A stretch of 64,000 nt of DNA from Acidimicrobiales bacterium (GTDB lineage Bacteria > Actinomycetota > Acidimicrobiia > Acidimicrobiales > Aldehydirespiratoraceae), in assembly GCA_029263175.1 (NCBI GenBank), contig JAJCXZ010000016.1:24554-88553 (forward strand), given 5' to 3'. Below are positions 1-10,914 of the stretch, piece by piece. Both the position numbers and the translations under genes were made by a program. Position 1 is the stretch's first letter; every line of letters starts with the position of its first letter. The notes under the pieces are model-generated. The model saw only the letters and a list, made by a program, of their open reading frames with translations. It was not told the DNA's origin and searched no databases.

Positions 1-380
1 TGGTTCCGATCGCGGAAGGATCTATTCGGCGCATCGACGGCGATACCTGCCGCGTCCTCACGGTCGAACCCGGCCTCGGCTTCAGCAATCGAGGGATGCG
101 CCTGGAGTGACAGGGGGCTCCCCGCCGCCAGGACCTTCAACAGAAACGGCAGGCCACCGAAGCGGTCGGCCACGTCGCCGCCGATCGCCGCGACTGGATC
201 AGCGGCAATCAGGGCGTCGAGCGACTTGCCATCGCCACCAACCGTCGACGGCGCCGACGGATGCGCGCCAAGCCAGAGCTCGGCCCAGGGTTCGCCAGTT
301 GCGGGGACACCGAGCAGCTCAGGAATCGACTCGTGCGAACCCCACTCGTAGTGGCGAACCACGCCTTCAAGCAGCCGCAC
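1..380 (-). CDS. manA: Mannose-6-phosphate isomerase class I (5' part; runs off the left edge)
   Basis: Manual translation from GTG at 380 gives VRLLEGVVRHYEWGS...PWAELWLGAHP...LPFLLKVLAAGSPLSLQAHP, the PMI type I motifs. Not in the ORF track because no stop lies in the window. Confidence 0.95.
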   Translation of the reverse strand, partial: MRLLEGVVRHYEWGSHESIPELLGVPATGEPWAELWLGAHPSAPSTVGGDGKSLDALIAADPVAAIGGDVADRFGGLPFLLKVLAAGSPLSLQAHPSIAEAEAGFDREDAAGIAVDAPNRSFRDRN

Positions 381-383
381 GGC

Positions 384-1331
384 TCACTCTGCCGAGCGTC
401 GCCGCAGGAGCGCGGCGGCCACGGCATCAGCCAGAAGCACGAGGTCGAGGATCTGGGCGAGTGGTCCATCACCCGCGGCAGCAAATGAGTGGATGTCGTC
501 GAAGTGCTCGGGAAGGAGCGCCACGCCGGCGTCAAGGCCATCAGGCTCGAAATCATGGCGCAGCAAGATCAGGACCGCGCCGTTGCGGGTGGATTCGGCG
601 AGCCGCACGCCGGAGGCGACGTCAGCGGGTCCGGTCGGAAGCCGACGACGGACCGCGGCGACATCCCCGACACGATCGAGCTCCTGGACCCAGCGCCGCG
701 CCGCATGTTTCCCAACCGCACCAGCACCGGTGACGATGGCGAGCCGGTTGTCGAGCGCCGCCGCCAGCGCGTCGATGGTCTTGGTCTCACCGAGCTGGGA
801 GACTCGCTCGCTGAGTTGTTGCGCCGTCTTGGAGATCGCACCGCTCATCCCCGTGACGAATCGGAGCCGCTCGAGCACGACGAGTACGGGCACGATCGAC
901 ACAACCAGACCAGCCGCAGGGCCGGCGTCGGGATCGATCGGCACCACCGGGATCTCCCAGTCGATGCAGGCATCGGCGAACGTGCCAGGGGCAGCGACGG
1001 CGATGATCCGAGCGCCTGCGGCACGGGCTTCCTCGACCGCCTCGAGAGGGGCAGTGTTGTCGCCGCCGTCGGAGAGCGCGATGGCGAGTGTGCTCGGCGA
1101 TACCCACGACGGGCACCGCCCGCCGGTGGCGACGATGGGGATGCTCCCACGCAGCTCGCAGATTGCAGCGATGACATCGCCGGCCACGCGGCCGGCTCCG
1201 ATACCCAGGATGATCACCTCGGTGACCCCCTCGGCATCAGGCAAGCCCTCGGTGTCAGCCGCCGCAACCGCAACGTCGCGAACCTGGTTCGGCAGGTGGC
1301 GGACCGAGTCGAGCAGCTCGTCCGGAGTCAT
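384..1331 (-). CDS. SIS-domain protein (divergent bifunctional PGI/PMI-like, Rv3256c-type)
   Basis: Two-SIS layout (VIILGIGAGRVAGD; LAIALSDGG) and position between Trm112 and manA. ATG at 1331 is chosen because it lies just after the Trm112 stop. Confidence 0.8.
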   Translation of the reverse strand: MTPDELLDSVRHLPNQVRDVAVAAADTEGLPDAEGVTEVIILGIGAGRVAGDVIAAICELRGSIPIVATGGRCPSWVSPSTLAIALSDGGDNTAPLEAVEEARAAGARIIAVAAPGTFADACIDWEIPVVPIDPDAGPAAGLVVSIVPVLVVLERLRFVTGMSGAISKTAQQLSERVSQLGETKTIDALAAALDNRLAIVTGAGAVGKHAARRWVQELDRVGDVAAVRRRLPTGPADVASGVRLAESTRNGAVLILLRHDFEPDGLDAGVALLPEHFDDIHSFAAAGDGPLAQILDLVLLADAVAAALLRRRSAE

Positions 1332-1332
1332 G

Positions 1333-1569
1333 TCAGCCGCCGAAGGTCGGCGCGATCCCCTCGGACGCGGCCTTGGCCACCAGACGCTCATGCTCGACGT
1401 CGTCGACGTCGGTGGCCTCGTCGGGCAACATCACGGGGATACCTTCATGGATTCGGTACTGCTTCTTCAGACGGGCGTTGTAGAGAATCGCTTCGTCGGC
1501 GAAGTACAGCAGTGCTCCCTTGTCGATCGGACAGGCAAGGATCTCGAGAAGACGGGCGTCGAGGGTCAT
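1333..1569 (-). CDS. Trm112-like (UPF0434) small protein
   Basis: LLEILACPIDKG...YRIHEGIPVMLPDEA motif. Confidence 0.92.
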   Translation of the reverse strand: MTLDARLLEILACPIDKGALLYFADEAILYNARLKKQYRIHEGIPVMLPDEATDVDDVEHERLVAKAASEGIAPTFGG

Positions 1570-1579
1570 GGGACCGATT

Positions 1580-2923
1580 CTACGATCCGAAGTGGGCCTT
1601 CACCTCGGACACTCGCGCGTCGACCTCGGTCTGGGTCGCTGCCTCGAGGTTCAATCGGAGCAACGGTTCGGTGTTGCTCGCCCGCAGGTTGAACCACCAA
1701 TCGCCGAGATCCACGGTGAGTCCGTCCAGTCGATCCTGGGCATGGCCGCGGTAGGCGTCGGCCACGCGTTCGATGACAACCTGCGCATCCGCGACCGTGG
1801 TGTTGATCTCACCAGACGCGGCGTAGCGATCCAGTGTCGACACCAGGTCGGAGAGCCCTGCCGGGTGATTTCCGAGCGCCTCGAGAACGACCAGGGCCGC
1901 AATGAGGCCGCTGTCGGCGCGGTAGTTGTCGCGGAAGTAGTAATGGCCGGAATGCTCCCCACCGAACACGGCTCCGGTCTCGGCCATCACGTCCTTTATG
2001 AAGGAGTGGCCCACCTTGGTGCGCACTGCAGTGCCGCCGCCTTCGGCGATCACCTCCGGCACGGTCTTGGAGCAGATCAGATTGTGCAGAACCGTGCCGC
2101 CCGGCTCGTTCTTGAGGATCGAGCGGGCCACCATGGCGGTGGTCAGCGAGCCGGAAATGGCGCGAGCCGTCTCGTCGACGAGGAACACTCGATCGGCGTC
2201 ACCGTCGAATGCCAACCCGATGTCGGCACCTGTCTCGAGGACGCGGGCCATCAGATCTCGCTGGTTCTCGGGCTGGATCGGATCTGCCGGGTGGTTCGGG
2301 AACGTGCCGTCGAGCTCGGGATACATGTGATCGAGCCTGAACGGCAATCCCGCGAACACCGCGGGAACGACGAGGCCGCCCATGCCGTTCGCCGTGTCAG
2401 CAACGACCTTGAGCGGCTTGAGGCTGTCGATGTCGACAAAGGAGCGAACGTGGGCCACGTACCCCTCGAGGATCTCGCTCTCGGTACGGGTGCCCTTGTG
2501 GTCGGTCGGCTCCGCTCCGGCCTTCGCCATTTCCTTGATGTCGCCGAGTCCGGTGTCTGAGCCGATCGGCGCGGCGTGTGAGAGGCACATCTTGATGCCG
2601 TTGTAGCCGGCGGGGTTGTGCGAAGCGGTGAACACGGCTCCCGGCAACCCGAGCGAGCCGGATGCGTAGTACATCATGTCGGTGGCGCAGAGTCCGACGT
2701 CGACGACGTCGATTCCGTGATCGAGTGCACCATCGCCAAACGCGGCGGTGAACTCCTCGCCGTCGGGGCGCATGTCTCGCCCCACAACGATCGCGCGGGC
2801 GCCATGGCCCTTCACGAATCGACCGAAGGCACCGCCAATGGCGCGGGCGCCGGCAGCGTCAATCTGATCGGGGACGGTTCCCCGCACGTCGTAGGCTTTG
2901 AAGATCGCGTCGAAATCGGTCAC
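1580..2923 (-). CDS. manB: Phosphomannomutase/phosphoglucomutase
   Basis: FKAYDVRG, TASHNP (catalytic Ser), FDGDADR (metal binding), GGEHSGH, LRASNTEP. Confidence 0.96.
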   Translation of the reverse strand: MTDFDAIFKAYDVRGTVPDQIDAAGARAIGGAFGRFVKGHGARAIVVGRDMRPDGEEFTAAFGDGALDHGIDVVDVGLCATDMMYYASGSLGLPGAVFTASHNPAGYNGIKMCLSHAAPIGSDTGLGDIKEMAKAGAEPTDHKGTRTESEILEGYVAHVRSFVDIDSLKPLKVVADTANGMGGLVVPAVFAGLPFRLDHMYPELDGTFPNHPADPIQPENQRDLMARVLETGADIGLAFDGDADRVFLVDETARAISGSLTTAMVARSILKNEPGGTVLHNLICSKTVPEVIAEGGGTAVRTKVGHSFIKDVMAETGAVFGGEHSGHYYFRDNYRADSGLIAALVVLEALGNHPAGLSDLVSTLDRYAASGEINTTVADAQVVIERVADAYRGHAQDRLDGLTVDLGDWWFNLRASNTEPLLRLNLEAATQTEVDARVSEVKAHFGS

Positions 2924-2932
2924 GAGGAGAAA

Positions 2933-4165
2933 CTACTTCCCGCCAGGGAGTTGGTCGTCGACGGGGCGTGTCGGCAGGGCGCCGGATGGAAGTGCATCAG
3001 CGGCTAGCGACGGGTAGTGCCCGTGCCGGCCCGCCCATCGCACCCGAAGGATGTCGCCGAATACCGTGAGGCCGTCGCGCACCGCGCTGACCGTCGACGT
3101 TTCGCTGTTCACGACCTCGACAGGCAACTCTCGCAGGGTGAAGCCGTAGCGCTCCACAAGATGCAGAATCTCGATGTCGAACGCGAAGCCATCGACCCTT
3201 CCGACACCGAACACGATCTTGGCGACGTCGGCCCGAAAGGCCTTGCAGCCGCATTGTGTGTCGCGGTAGTTGCCAAGCAGGAGGAGGTTGGTGGCCATGT
3301 TGACCACCCTGCTCCCGAAGGATCGCAGCGCCGAGGTGCCACGGAGCGTTTCAGTGTCTTCGTGATGCCGATTGCCGATCACCACGTCGTATCCCGACTC
3401 GACCGCGTCAGCGAACGCGACGAGCTGATCCGGGGCGTAGGCGAGGTCGGCATCGGTGAACGCGATGGTTCGACCCGTCGCCGCGGCGACTCCCGCTCGT
3501 ACCGCCGCACCCTTCCCCCGGTTCTCGGGCAACACGATGACCTGGTCGGCGCCGGCCTCTCGGGCCACGTGAGCGGTCGCGTCGTTTGAGCCATCGTCGA
3601 CGACGACGATCTCGAGATCACCCTCACCGTGGTAGACGGCCAGGTCGGAGCGCACTCGCGTAACCGTCTCGCTGATCCGCCGCTCCTCCTTGAAGGCCGG
3701 GATCACCACGGTGAGACGAGCTGCGCCGGCGGGAGGCGGCCGGTCGATCCGACTGCCCTGCTCCCGCCGCACATGCCGGAACAGGACCGATCGATGGAAA
3801 ACGGATCGCACGACTGCCGCCGCTGCAACCGCAGCGAGCTTCGCGACCCAGTCTCCCAGCGACGTGACGCCGACGAACACCGCAAGGTCGATCAGCCCGG
3901 CGATGAAGGCGGCGGTGAAGAACACCGGAGGTTGTCGGATCCATCGATCGAGATCATCACCGCGAAGTGTCACGCGAGCATGGAGGTAGCGGGCGACTAC
4001 CGCGGCCACGAAGAGCGCCACGAGGTCAGCAAGCAGACGACCAACCGTTGGGCTGAGGCCGACCGCGAGCCCGACATCGATGGCAGTGGCGAGAATGCCG
4101 ACCGCGATGAATCGACCCGGATTCGGTCGTGTCGACCCGAAGCCGGCGTCGAATTCCGCGGTCAT
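2933..4165 (-). CDS. GtrA-like flippase fused to a GT2 polyprenyl-phosphate glycosyltransferase (DPG-synthase-like)
   Basis: N-terminal ~4 TM GtrA-like segment (RFIAVGILATAIDVG) followed by VVIPAFKE, VVDDGSND, NRGKGAAV, DADL, DTQCGCKAF, FAFDIE. ATG at 4165 overlaps the upstream stop (ATGA). The ORF-track extension to 4414 is spurious. Confidence 0.88.
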   Translation of the reverse strand: MTAEFDAGFGSTRPNPGRFIAVGILATAIDVGLAVGLSPTVGRLLADLVALFVAAVVARYLHARVTLRGDDLDRWIRQPPVFFTAAFIAGLIDLAVFVGVTSLGDWVAKLAAVAAAAVVRSVFHRSVLFRHVRREQGSRIDRPPPAGAARLTVVIPAFKEERRISETVTRVRSDLAVYHGEGDLEIVVVDDGSNDATAHVAREAGADQVIVLPENRGKGAAVRAGVAAATGRTIAFTDADLAYAPDQLVAFADAVESGYDVVIGNRHHEDTETLRGTSALRSFGSRVVNMATNLLLLGNYRDTQCGCKAFRADVAKIVFGVGRVDGFAFDIEILHLVERYGFTLRELPVEVVNSETSTVSAVRDGLTVFGDILRVRWAGRHGHYPSLAADALPSGALPTRPVDDQLPGGK

Positions 4166-7023
4166 GTCGTGGCGTCGCCAGCCGTCGTGGCCGAACGTTC
4201 GGGGCCGGCGATCAGGGCGGCAACCCGTTCGGCGCGGCGCGCCTTGGCCGTGTCGACGATCGCCGGTAGTACCCAGAAGACGAGGATCGATCCGCCCAGG
4301 ATGCTGGGCAGATAGACGCCGAGCGCCGCGAGTGTGTCGTCGGCACCGGGCGCCACCACGACCCGACCGACCAACGTTGCCAGCAGCGCCATGACTGCGG
4401 CCGCGGTGACCCAAAGCGTCCGCCGTTGCAGGTCATCGATTCGCAGACCGAGGTCGTTGATCTCTGCCCACCCTTGATCGCCGGCGTAGACCGCCTCGAC
4501 GAGCAGATCCGCATCGGTCACCTCGGCTCGATCAGCGCCGAGGTCCCAGAGTTCAACCTCGGACTCGACTCGGAATCGCCGGAGGAAGAACAAGCCCGCC
4601 AGACCCAGGAGGGAGATCAGAATGCTGAGGAGTTCGATGCCCGAGCGGCCAAAGGTCAGCTCCACATGGGTATCGGTGGGCACGACGACCATGAGATTGG
4701 GCGCCACCCGATATGGACCCTCTCCTCCGCTCGCCGACCAGTTGGGGAAGTAGCTGCTCCTGACCAAAACCGGAGTTCCGATCTCGTCGACATCGAAGCT
4801 GATCGAGAACTCGTCGACCGCAACATTCGACACCGTGACGGTAGAGGTATCCACTCGCTCGAGAACCGATGGGAACGCTGCCGCGAGTTCGTTCATCAGC
4901 GAGACTCGACTCTCTTCGCCGAGTCCGGCCAACCCCGGCCACGCCTCTTCCATCTCGGCCACCGAGGTACGGGGCCATTCGGCGGGGCCCGAGGCCGCGA
5001 CCAGCGGAGCATCATCGGCTTCCCACCATGCCACCGTCGGGATAAGCCACTCTTCTCCACCGGCGTCGAGGCCCTCGACGACCACGGGTTGGTGATCGAG
5101 CGGCACGACAAGGCCGGAGTCGCTGACAAGGAAGATCACCCAGGCACCGGCCGTCGCTATCTCCGTCAGCTCCGGAACTGCTCGGCCTTGTGCCACCGCT
5201 TCTTCGGAGAACGCCATGTAGTAGCGCACGCCGAGGTCTTGTAGATGGCCGGTGCCGCGAAGGGCGTCGAGAGACGAGTAGGGAAGGTCGCGCTGCGCCC
5301 GCGACGGGCGGGCGGAGAGTTCGGACTGCAGCAGGAAATGGTAGGGCGTGGTGGCTGATGCCTCGAAGTAGAGGCCCTCCATGGAGCCGATACAGCCGTC
5401 GGTCCAGTGCGGTAGCAGCATGGGCGCCATGGGGGTGCCGTAACTACCGAGCCGGTCCGGCCCGTACTCCCACAGCGAACGTCCGCAGCCGAACTCCGAA
5501 CCCACCTGGTCCATCGTGGCGACGAAGTAGGCGTATTCGGTCCAGCCGCTTGCGCCTTCGTAGCCGTTGAAGTTGTGGCGCAACCAGCCCGGACCGAGGT
5601 TCTGCTCGGTGGTTCGAAGACCGGGCCATCCGTATTCACCGCTCTCGTTGAGCCCTGCGAACGGCAACTGGCGCAGGGGAAGGGCCAGGAACACGATGAG
5701 GAAGAGGCTGCCGAGCACCACGGGTCCCGCGGCCAGAAGGCTGTGGATATCACGGTTGCGCTCGCCCCGTGCCGGCCACGCTTGTGCGATCCACCGGCCG
5801 ATCTCCGCTACTGCGAGACCCGCGCTGAGGTAGATCGCCAGGTAGTAGAACGGCACGATCCGAACGTTCCACAGCCGACCCTCCGGCAGCAGAACGAATG
5901 CGATGGCGAAGATCATGGCGACGAGAGAGAGGGCCATTCCCAGCCGCACTCGCCTGATCGCGAAAACCACGGCGCCGATGATGGCAAGGATGACGAACAG
6001 CTGGAGCGGCGGATCGTTGACGAGGAACTCCTGGTCACCGAACGAGCCCGACCGGTTCCACAGCGCGGCGACGTAGCGACGCTCCTTGCCCCACCCCATG
6101 TCGTTGAGGAGCGAACGGTTCCAGAAGAACGGAAGCACCCAGAACGCGGCGAGCATCCCCGCCAGCGAGCCCATCGCCGTGGTCCACACCGTGTTTCGGA
6201 TATTTGGCCTCGTGATGAGCAATGCGGCCGTGACGACGAGGGCGAAGAAGGCGGCGAAGAGGTGGGTGAGGCCCGCGAGCGCCAGCAGCACCGCCGCCAG
6301 CCCGCGGCCCTTACCAGTCTCGAGTCCGCGGGCGGCGACGCCCACGTAGACCACGGCGATGGTCAGACCCAACGAGTAGGCGAACTCACCGGCCATCGTC
6401 GACATCAGGTTGCCGCCGTAGATGTTGTAAGACCGGTCGAACAGGAACGGCAGCGTCATCACGGCAAGCACGGCCGGACCAGGGAATGCGAGCCCGCCGA
6501 GCTTTCCTGCGCTCCATGCCGCGATCGGCAGCAACAACATGCCGGCCACCACGACGAGCTTCATGGCGACCCCGTACTCGATGGGAACAACCAGCACCCA
6601 CAGGAAGAACGCCGTGCCGTAGATCGTCGCGATGCGTGCCGGCGATGTGCCGTATCTCGGGCGGGCCCACAGTGAGGCCGCGGCGAGAACGATCGAAGCA
6701 GGGATGGCGAGCCACCACACCAAGCCGACGTTGACGAACACGATCAGCAGCGAGGGAATGACCATGTAGAACGTGAACGCGGGGAACCCGGCGTACCAAT
6801 CCGGCGACCAACCGGTCAGCCGGAAGTTTGGCAGCAGAACGTCACGCAGGTAGGCCGGCGACCAGACATGGGCGCCCATGTCTCCGCCGGTTGGCGTGGT
6901 CGACGAGAACCAGTGACTCGGCTCGAGGCTCTGGAAGAGGAAGAGCGTGGCGCCCGCCACCAAGAGGAATGTGATGACCGCTTCAAGCGACGGCCGGGTC
7001 TTTTCGGTCATGTTGTCGACCAT
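4162..7023 (-). CDS. Large multi-TM membrane protein, PTPS-related/GT-C-like family (probable extracytoplasmic glycosyltransferase)
   Basis: GGDMGAH...GWSPDWYAGFPAFTFY N-terminal motif, many TM helices, large extracellular domain ending SYFPNW...PYRVAPNLMVV. Start is 7023 or 7011. Confidence 0.75.
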   Translation of the reverse strand: MVDNMTEKTRPSLEAVITFLLVAGATLFLFQSLEPSHWFSSTTPTGGDMGAHVWSPAYLRDVLLPNFRLTGWSPDWYAGFPAFTFYMVIPSLLIVFVNVGLVWWLAIPASIVLAAASLWARPRYGTSPARIATIYGTAFFLWVLVVPIEYGVAMKLVVVAGMLLLPIAAWSAGKLGGLAFPGPAVLAVMTLPFLFDRSYNIYGGNLMSTMAGEFAYSLGLTIAVVYVGVAARGLETGKGRGLAAVLLALAGLTHLFAAFFALVVTAALLITRPNIRNTVWTTAMGSLAGMLAAFWVLPFFWNRSLLNDMGWGKERRYVAALWNRSGSFGDQEFLVNDPPLQLFVILAIIGAVVFAIRRVRLGMALSLVAMIFAIAFVLLPEGRLWNVRIVPFYYLAIYLSAGLAVAEIGRWIAQAWPARGERNRDIHSLLAAGPVVLGSLFLIVFLALPLRQLPFAGLNESGEYGWPGLRTTEQNLGPGWLRHNFNGYEGASGWTEYAYFVATMDQVGSEFGCGRSLWEYGPDRLGSYGTPMAPMLLPHWTDGCIGSMEGLYFEASATTPYHFLLQSELSARPSRAQRDLPYSSLDALRGTGHLQDLGVRYYMAFSEEAVAQGRAVPELTEIATAGAWVIFLVSDSGLVVPLDHQPVVVEGLDAGGEEWLIPTVAWWEADDAPLVAASGPAEWPRTSVAEMEEAWPGLAGLGEESRVSLMNELAAAFPSVLERVDTSTVTVSNVAVDEFSISFDVDEIGTPVLVRSSYFPNWSASGGEGPYRVAPNLMVVVPTDTHVELTFGRSGIELLSILISLLGLAGLFFLRRFRVESEVELWDLGADRAEVTDADLLVEAVYAGDQGWAEINDLGLRIDDLQRRTLWVTAAAVMALLATLVGRVVVAPGADDTLAALGVYLPSILGGSILVFWVLPAIVDTAKARRAERVAALIAGPERSATTAGDATT

Positions 7024-7069
7024 GCTGCCATCTGGACGACCTCTGATCGCGGCGCCCCGAGGCAGAGTT

Positions 7070-7300
7070 CTACGGGCGATACCTGAGGCGGGGTGCTTCG
7101 GGCTGGCCGAGTTCGCCGATGACACCGTCGAGGGTCGTCAACCGACCGTCCCGCTGCCACCATCGCTGGTCACACCGGCCGCAGCTGCACATGGTGCGCT
7201 CACCCGCGCCGACGTTAATCGTGATCGTCACCAGAGGAGATCCGCATGCGGGACAGGCTGGGTTCGACATCACTGGATTCGAAATCACTGGTTTCGACAT
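7070..7300 (-). CDS. Small zinc-ribbon protein (CPAC...CGRC)
   Basis: 76 aa with two CxxC pairs; GGAGAG ribosome-binding site just upstream of ATG 7300. Confidence 0.75.
   Translation of the reverse strand: MSKPVISNPVMSNPACPACGSPLVTITINVGAGERTMCSCGRCDQRWWQRDGRLTTLDGVIGELGQPEAPRLRYRP
7256..7300 (-). repeat. Three imperfect 15-nt tandem repeats encoding MSKPV-ISNPV-MSNPA
   Basis: ATGTCGAAACCAGTG / ATTTCGAATCCAGTG / ATGTCGAACCCAGCC on the minus strand. Confidence 0.8.
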
Positions 7301-7360
7301 GGGCGTACTCTCCACTCGGCGTCCTGAATCCTTCGGACGTGAAGTGGGCCATTTGAGCCA

Positions 7361-7399
7361 TCTCACCCAGATTTTCTCACTTTTCGTGAGATTTTCACC
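7361..7399. promoter_or_regulatory. AT-rich intergenic element with inverted repeat TCTCAC-N5-GTGAGA and repeated AGATTTTC (possible operator)
   Basis: Visible at 7375-7391, upstream of the zinc-ribbon gene. Confidence 0.35.
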
Positions 7400-7412
7400 T
7401 TCTCTGAGTGGT

Positions 7413-8207
7413 CTACACTCGAACGAGAAGGGTGACGACTGCTGTGAGATTGAACCCGACATGGGTCCAGATCGCCGTGCCCAGGCGGCCGGTTCGGTGC
7501 ATCACCGATGCGGCCACGACAGCAAACGCAAAGAGGCCGGGCAGCTGGACGGCCTGAAAGTGTGATGCCGCAAAGAGAAGAGACGATGCGGTGGTTGCCA
7601 GCACGAGCCCGAATCGGCCCATGTCGAGGTGCATGTCGACAAGGCTCTGGTGCAGGAGCCCTCGATAGAGAATCTCCTCGGCGATCGGAGCCCCGATCGC
7701 TGTCAACAAGACGAGGGCCGCAACGTCAAAGGGGGTGTCGACCGCGGCAATCAGGTTGCGAGCGGCTCCCTCCACGTCCTGGTTGCCGAACAGCGCGAAC
7801 ACCGGGATGTAGACGAGCGGGATGATCACCAACTGGGTGAGCACGCCGAGAGCGAGTCCGACGGGCGCGTCGATGGTGCGAAAACCCCAGTTGAGGTCTC
7901 GACGCCACTCGAGTCCCTCGGCGCGAGCCCAGATCGGACCGGCGATCAAACACAACCAGAGGGGGATGCTGAGGGCCACCACCACGCCAGTGGGTATCCG
8001 GTTGTCATCGAGCGGCGCGTCGGCTGCCATCTGAGCCGCGGTGCGACCGATCTCCGCTCCGGGAGCCGACGAGACCTCGATCTCCCATCCACCAGCCTCG
8101 ACGATGGCGAGACCGATGAAGCCGGCCATCAAGATGCCGGCGCCGACTGAAACGATCGCAACAACGACCCGCCACGAAGGTTGTGGCACTACGGATGGTT
8201 CATCCAT
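7413..8207 (-). CDS. CPBP/Abi (CAAX-type) intramembrane metalloprotease
   Basis: APIAEEILYRG, FAASH and HVGFN motifs; multiple TM helices. Confidence 0.93.
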   Translation of the reverse strand: MDEPSVVPQPSWRVVVAIVSVGAGILMAGFIGLAIVEAGGWEIEVSSAPGAEIGRTAAQMAADAPLDDNRIPTGVVVALSIPLWLCLIAGPIWARAEGLEWRRDLNWGFRTIDAPVGLALGVLTQLVIIPLVYIPVFALFGNQDVEGAARNLIAAVDTPFDVAALVLLTAIGAPIAEEILYRGLLHQSLVDMHLDMGRFGLVLATTASSLLFAASHFQAVQLPGLFAFAVVAASVMHRTGRLGTAIWTHVGFNLTAVVTLLVRV

Positions 8208-8219
8208 CTGGTGCTCGAG

Positions 8220-8447
8220 TCAGCTCACGTAACGAAGGCGGGTGACGACAGGCTCTTGTCGCCGATCGCGGAGCTCCCAGCCACGAGGTGGCTGCGTGCG
8301 GTCGGCGTGCCGCCGACACAAATCGTGATTGGCCGGATGGTCCTCCGTGGCCAGGTCATCGAGCCAGACAACCTGCTGCGCATACGCGAAGGAGAGCGTG
8401 TTGTCGGCTGCGTGACCACAGCCCGGACGGGCGCACCGGCGGTTCAT
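8220..8447 (-). CDS. DUF3499 family protein (Rv3258c-like)
   Basis: RRCARPGC...TLSFAY...HDLCRRHA...PRGW. TACGGT lies 6 nt upstream of ATG 8447. Confidence 0.88.
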   Translation of the reverse strand: MNRRCARPGCGHAADNTLSFAYAQQVVWLDDLATEDHPANHDLCRRHADRTQPPRGWELRDRRQEPVVTRLRYVS

Positions 8448-8541
8448 GCGAGCACCGTAACAGCCACTCACAATCCGTCCGAGGATTCCGATGGAGAGAC
8501 ACGCTTCGTCTGTGCGAGGCGGATGACCCGCCCGACGGGTC

Positions 8542-8547
8542 TACATT
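8542..8547 (+). promoter_or_regulatory. Putative -10 box (TACATT) of a leaderless ftsH transcript
   Basis: TANNNT 6 nt upstream of ATG 8554, with no Shine-Dalgarno sequence. Confidence 0.55.
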
Positions 8548-8553
8548 GACCTC

Positions 8554-10491
<1,938 letters not shown>

Positions 10492-10494
10492 GCC

Positions 10495-10914
10495 GTGGAT
10501 CGAGTACTCCTCGTTCTCGGAGCACTCGCGATCGCCGGCGCGGTTGCCGCGCTGCTCGGCGGATTGGGCCGCACCAGGTACGTGCAGGCCACGCATGTCC
10601 CCCAGCTGCTGGACCGACGAGACTTCGTGAGGCCCGAGGCGCCGTGGCTCGTCGCCGTCTTCACATCCGCCACTTGCGATACCTGCGCCGGGGTCTGGGA
10701 ACGAGCCCAACACCTCGAGAGCGACGCCGTGGCGGTGCAACAGCTCGAAGTGGGCGCGGAGAAGCGCCTTCATGAGCGCTATCGAATCGACGGCGTGCCG
10801 ACACTGGTCGTTGCCGACGACGACGGCGTCGTCCAGCATGCGTTCCTCGGCCCGGTGACGAGCGCCGAACTCTGGGCTTCGGTGGCCGCTACTCGATCCG
10901 ACTCAGCGGAGTGA
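10495..10914 (+). CDS. Membrane-anchored thioredoxin-fold protein
   Basis: N-terminal TM, CDTC (CxxC), cis-Pro motif GVPT; starts 3 nt after the ftsH stop. Confidence 0.82.
   Translation: MDRVLLVLGALAIAGAVAALLGGLGRTRYVQATHVPQLLDRRDFVRPEAPWLVAVFTSATCDTCAGVWERAQHLESDAVAVQQLEVGAEKRLHERYRIDGVPTLVVADDDGVVQHAFLGPVTSAELWASVAATRSDSAE

Noticed and set aside
90-158. Plus-strand stretch resembling an SAH riboswitch (GAGG...GCCAGG...AAACGGC)
   Set aside because: It is the antisense of the conserved manA LPFLLKVLAA..PLSLQAHP coding motif, and no plus-strand gene follows.
489-2560. Long plus-strand ORFs (421, 399 and 346 aa) and many similar ones such as 21724-23220, 19083-20435 and 35585-36892
   Set aside because: Shadow ORFs antisense to clearly recognisable genes, typical of high-GC DNA, with no motifs.
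4162-7023. Pterin biosynthesis role suggested by the PTPS-related family name
   Set aside because: It is a multi-TM protein without PTPS/QueD motifs, and its context points to glycosylation.
7413-8207. Abi-family gene as an anti-phage abortive infection system
   Set aside because: The motifs are those of CPBP intramembrane proteases; the Abi name is historical and there is no defence context.
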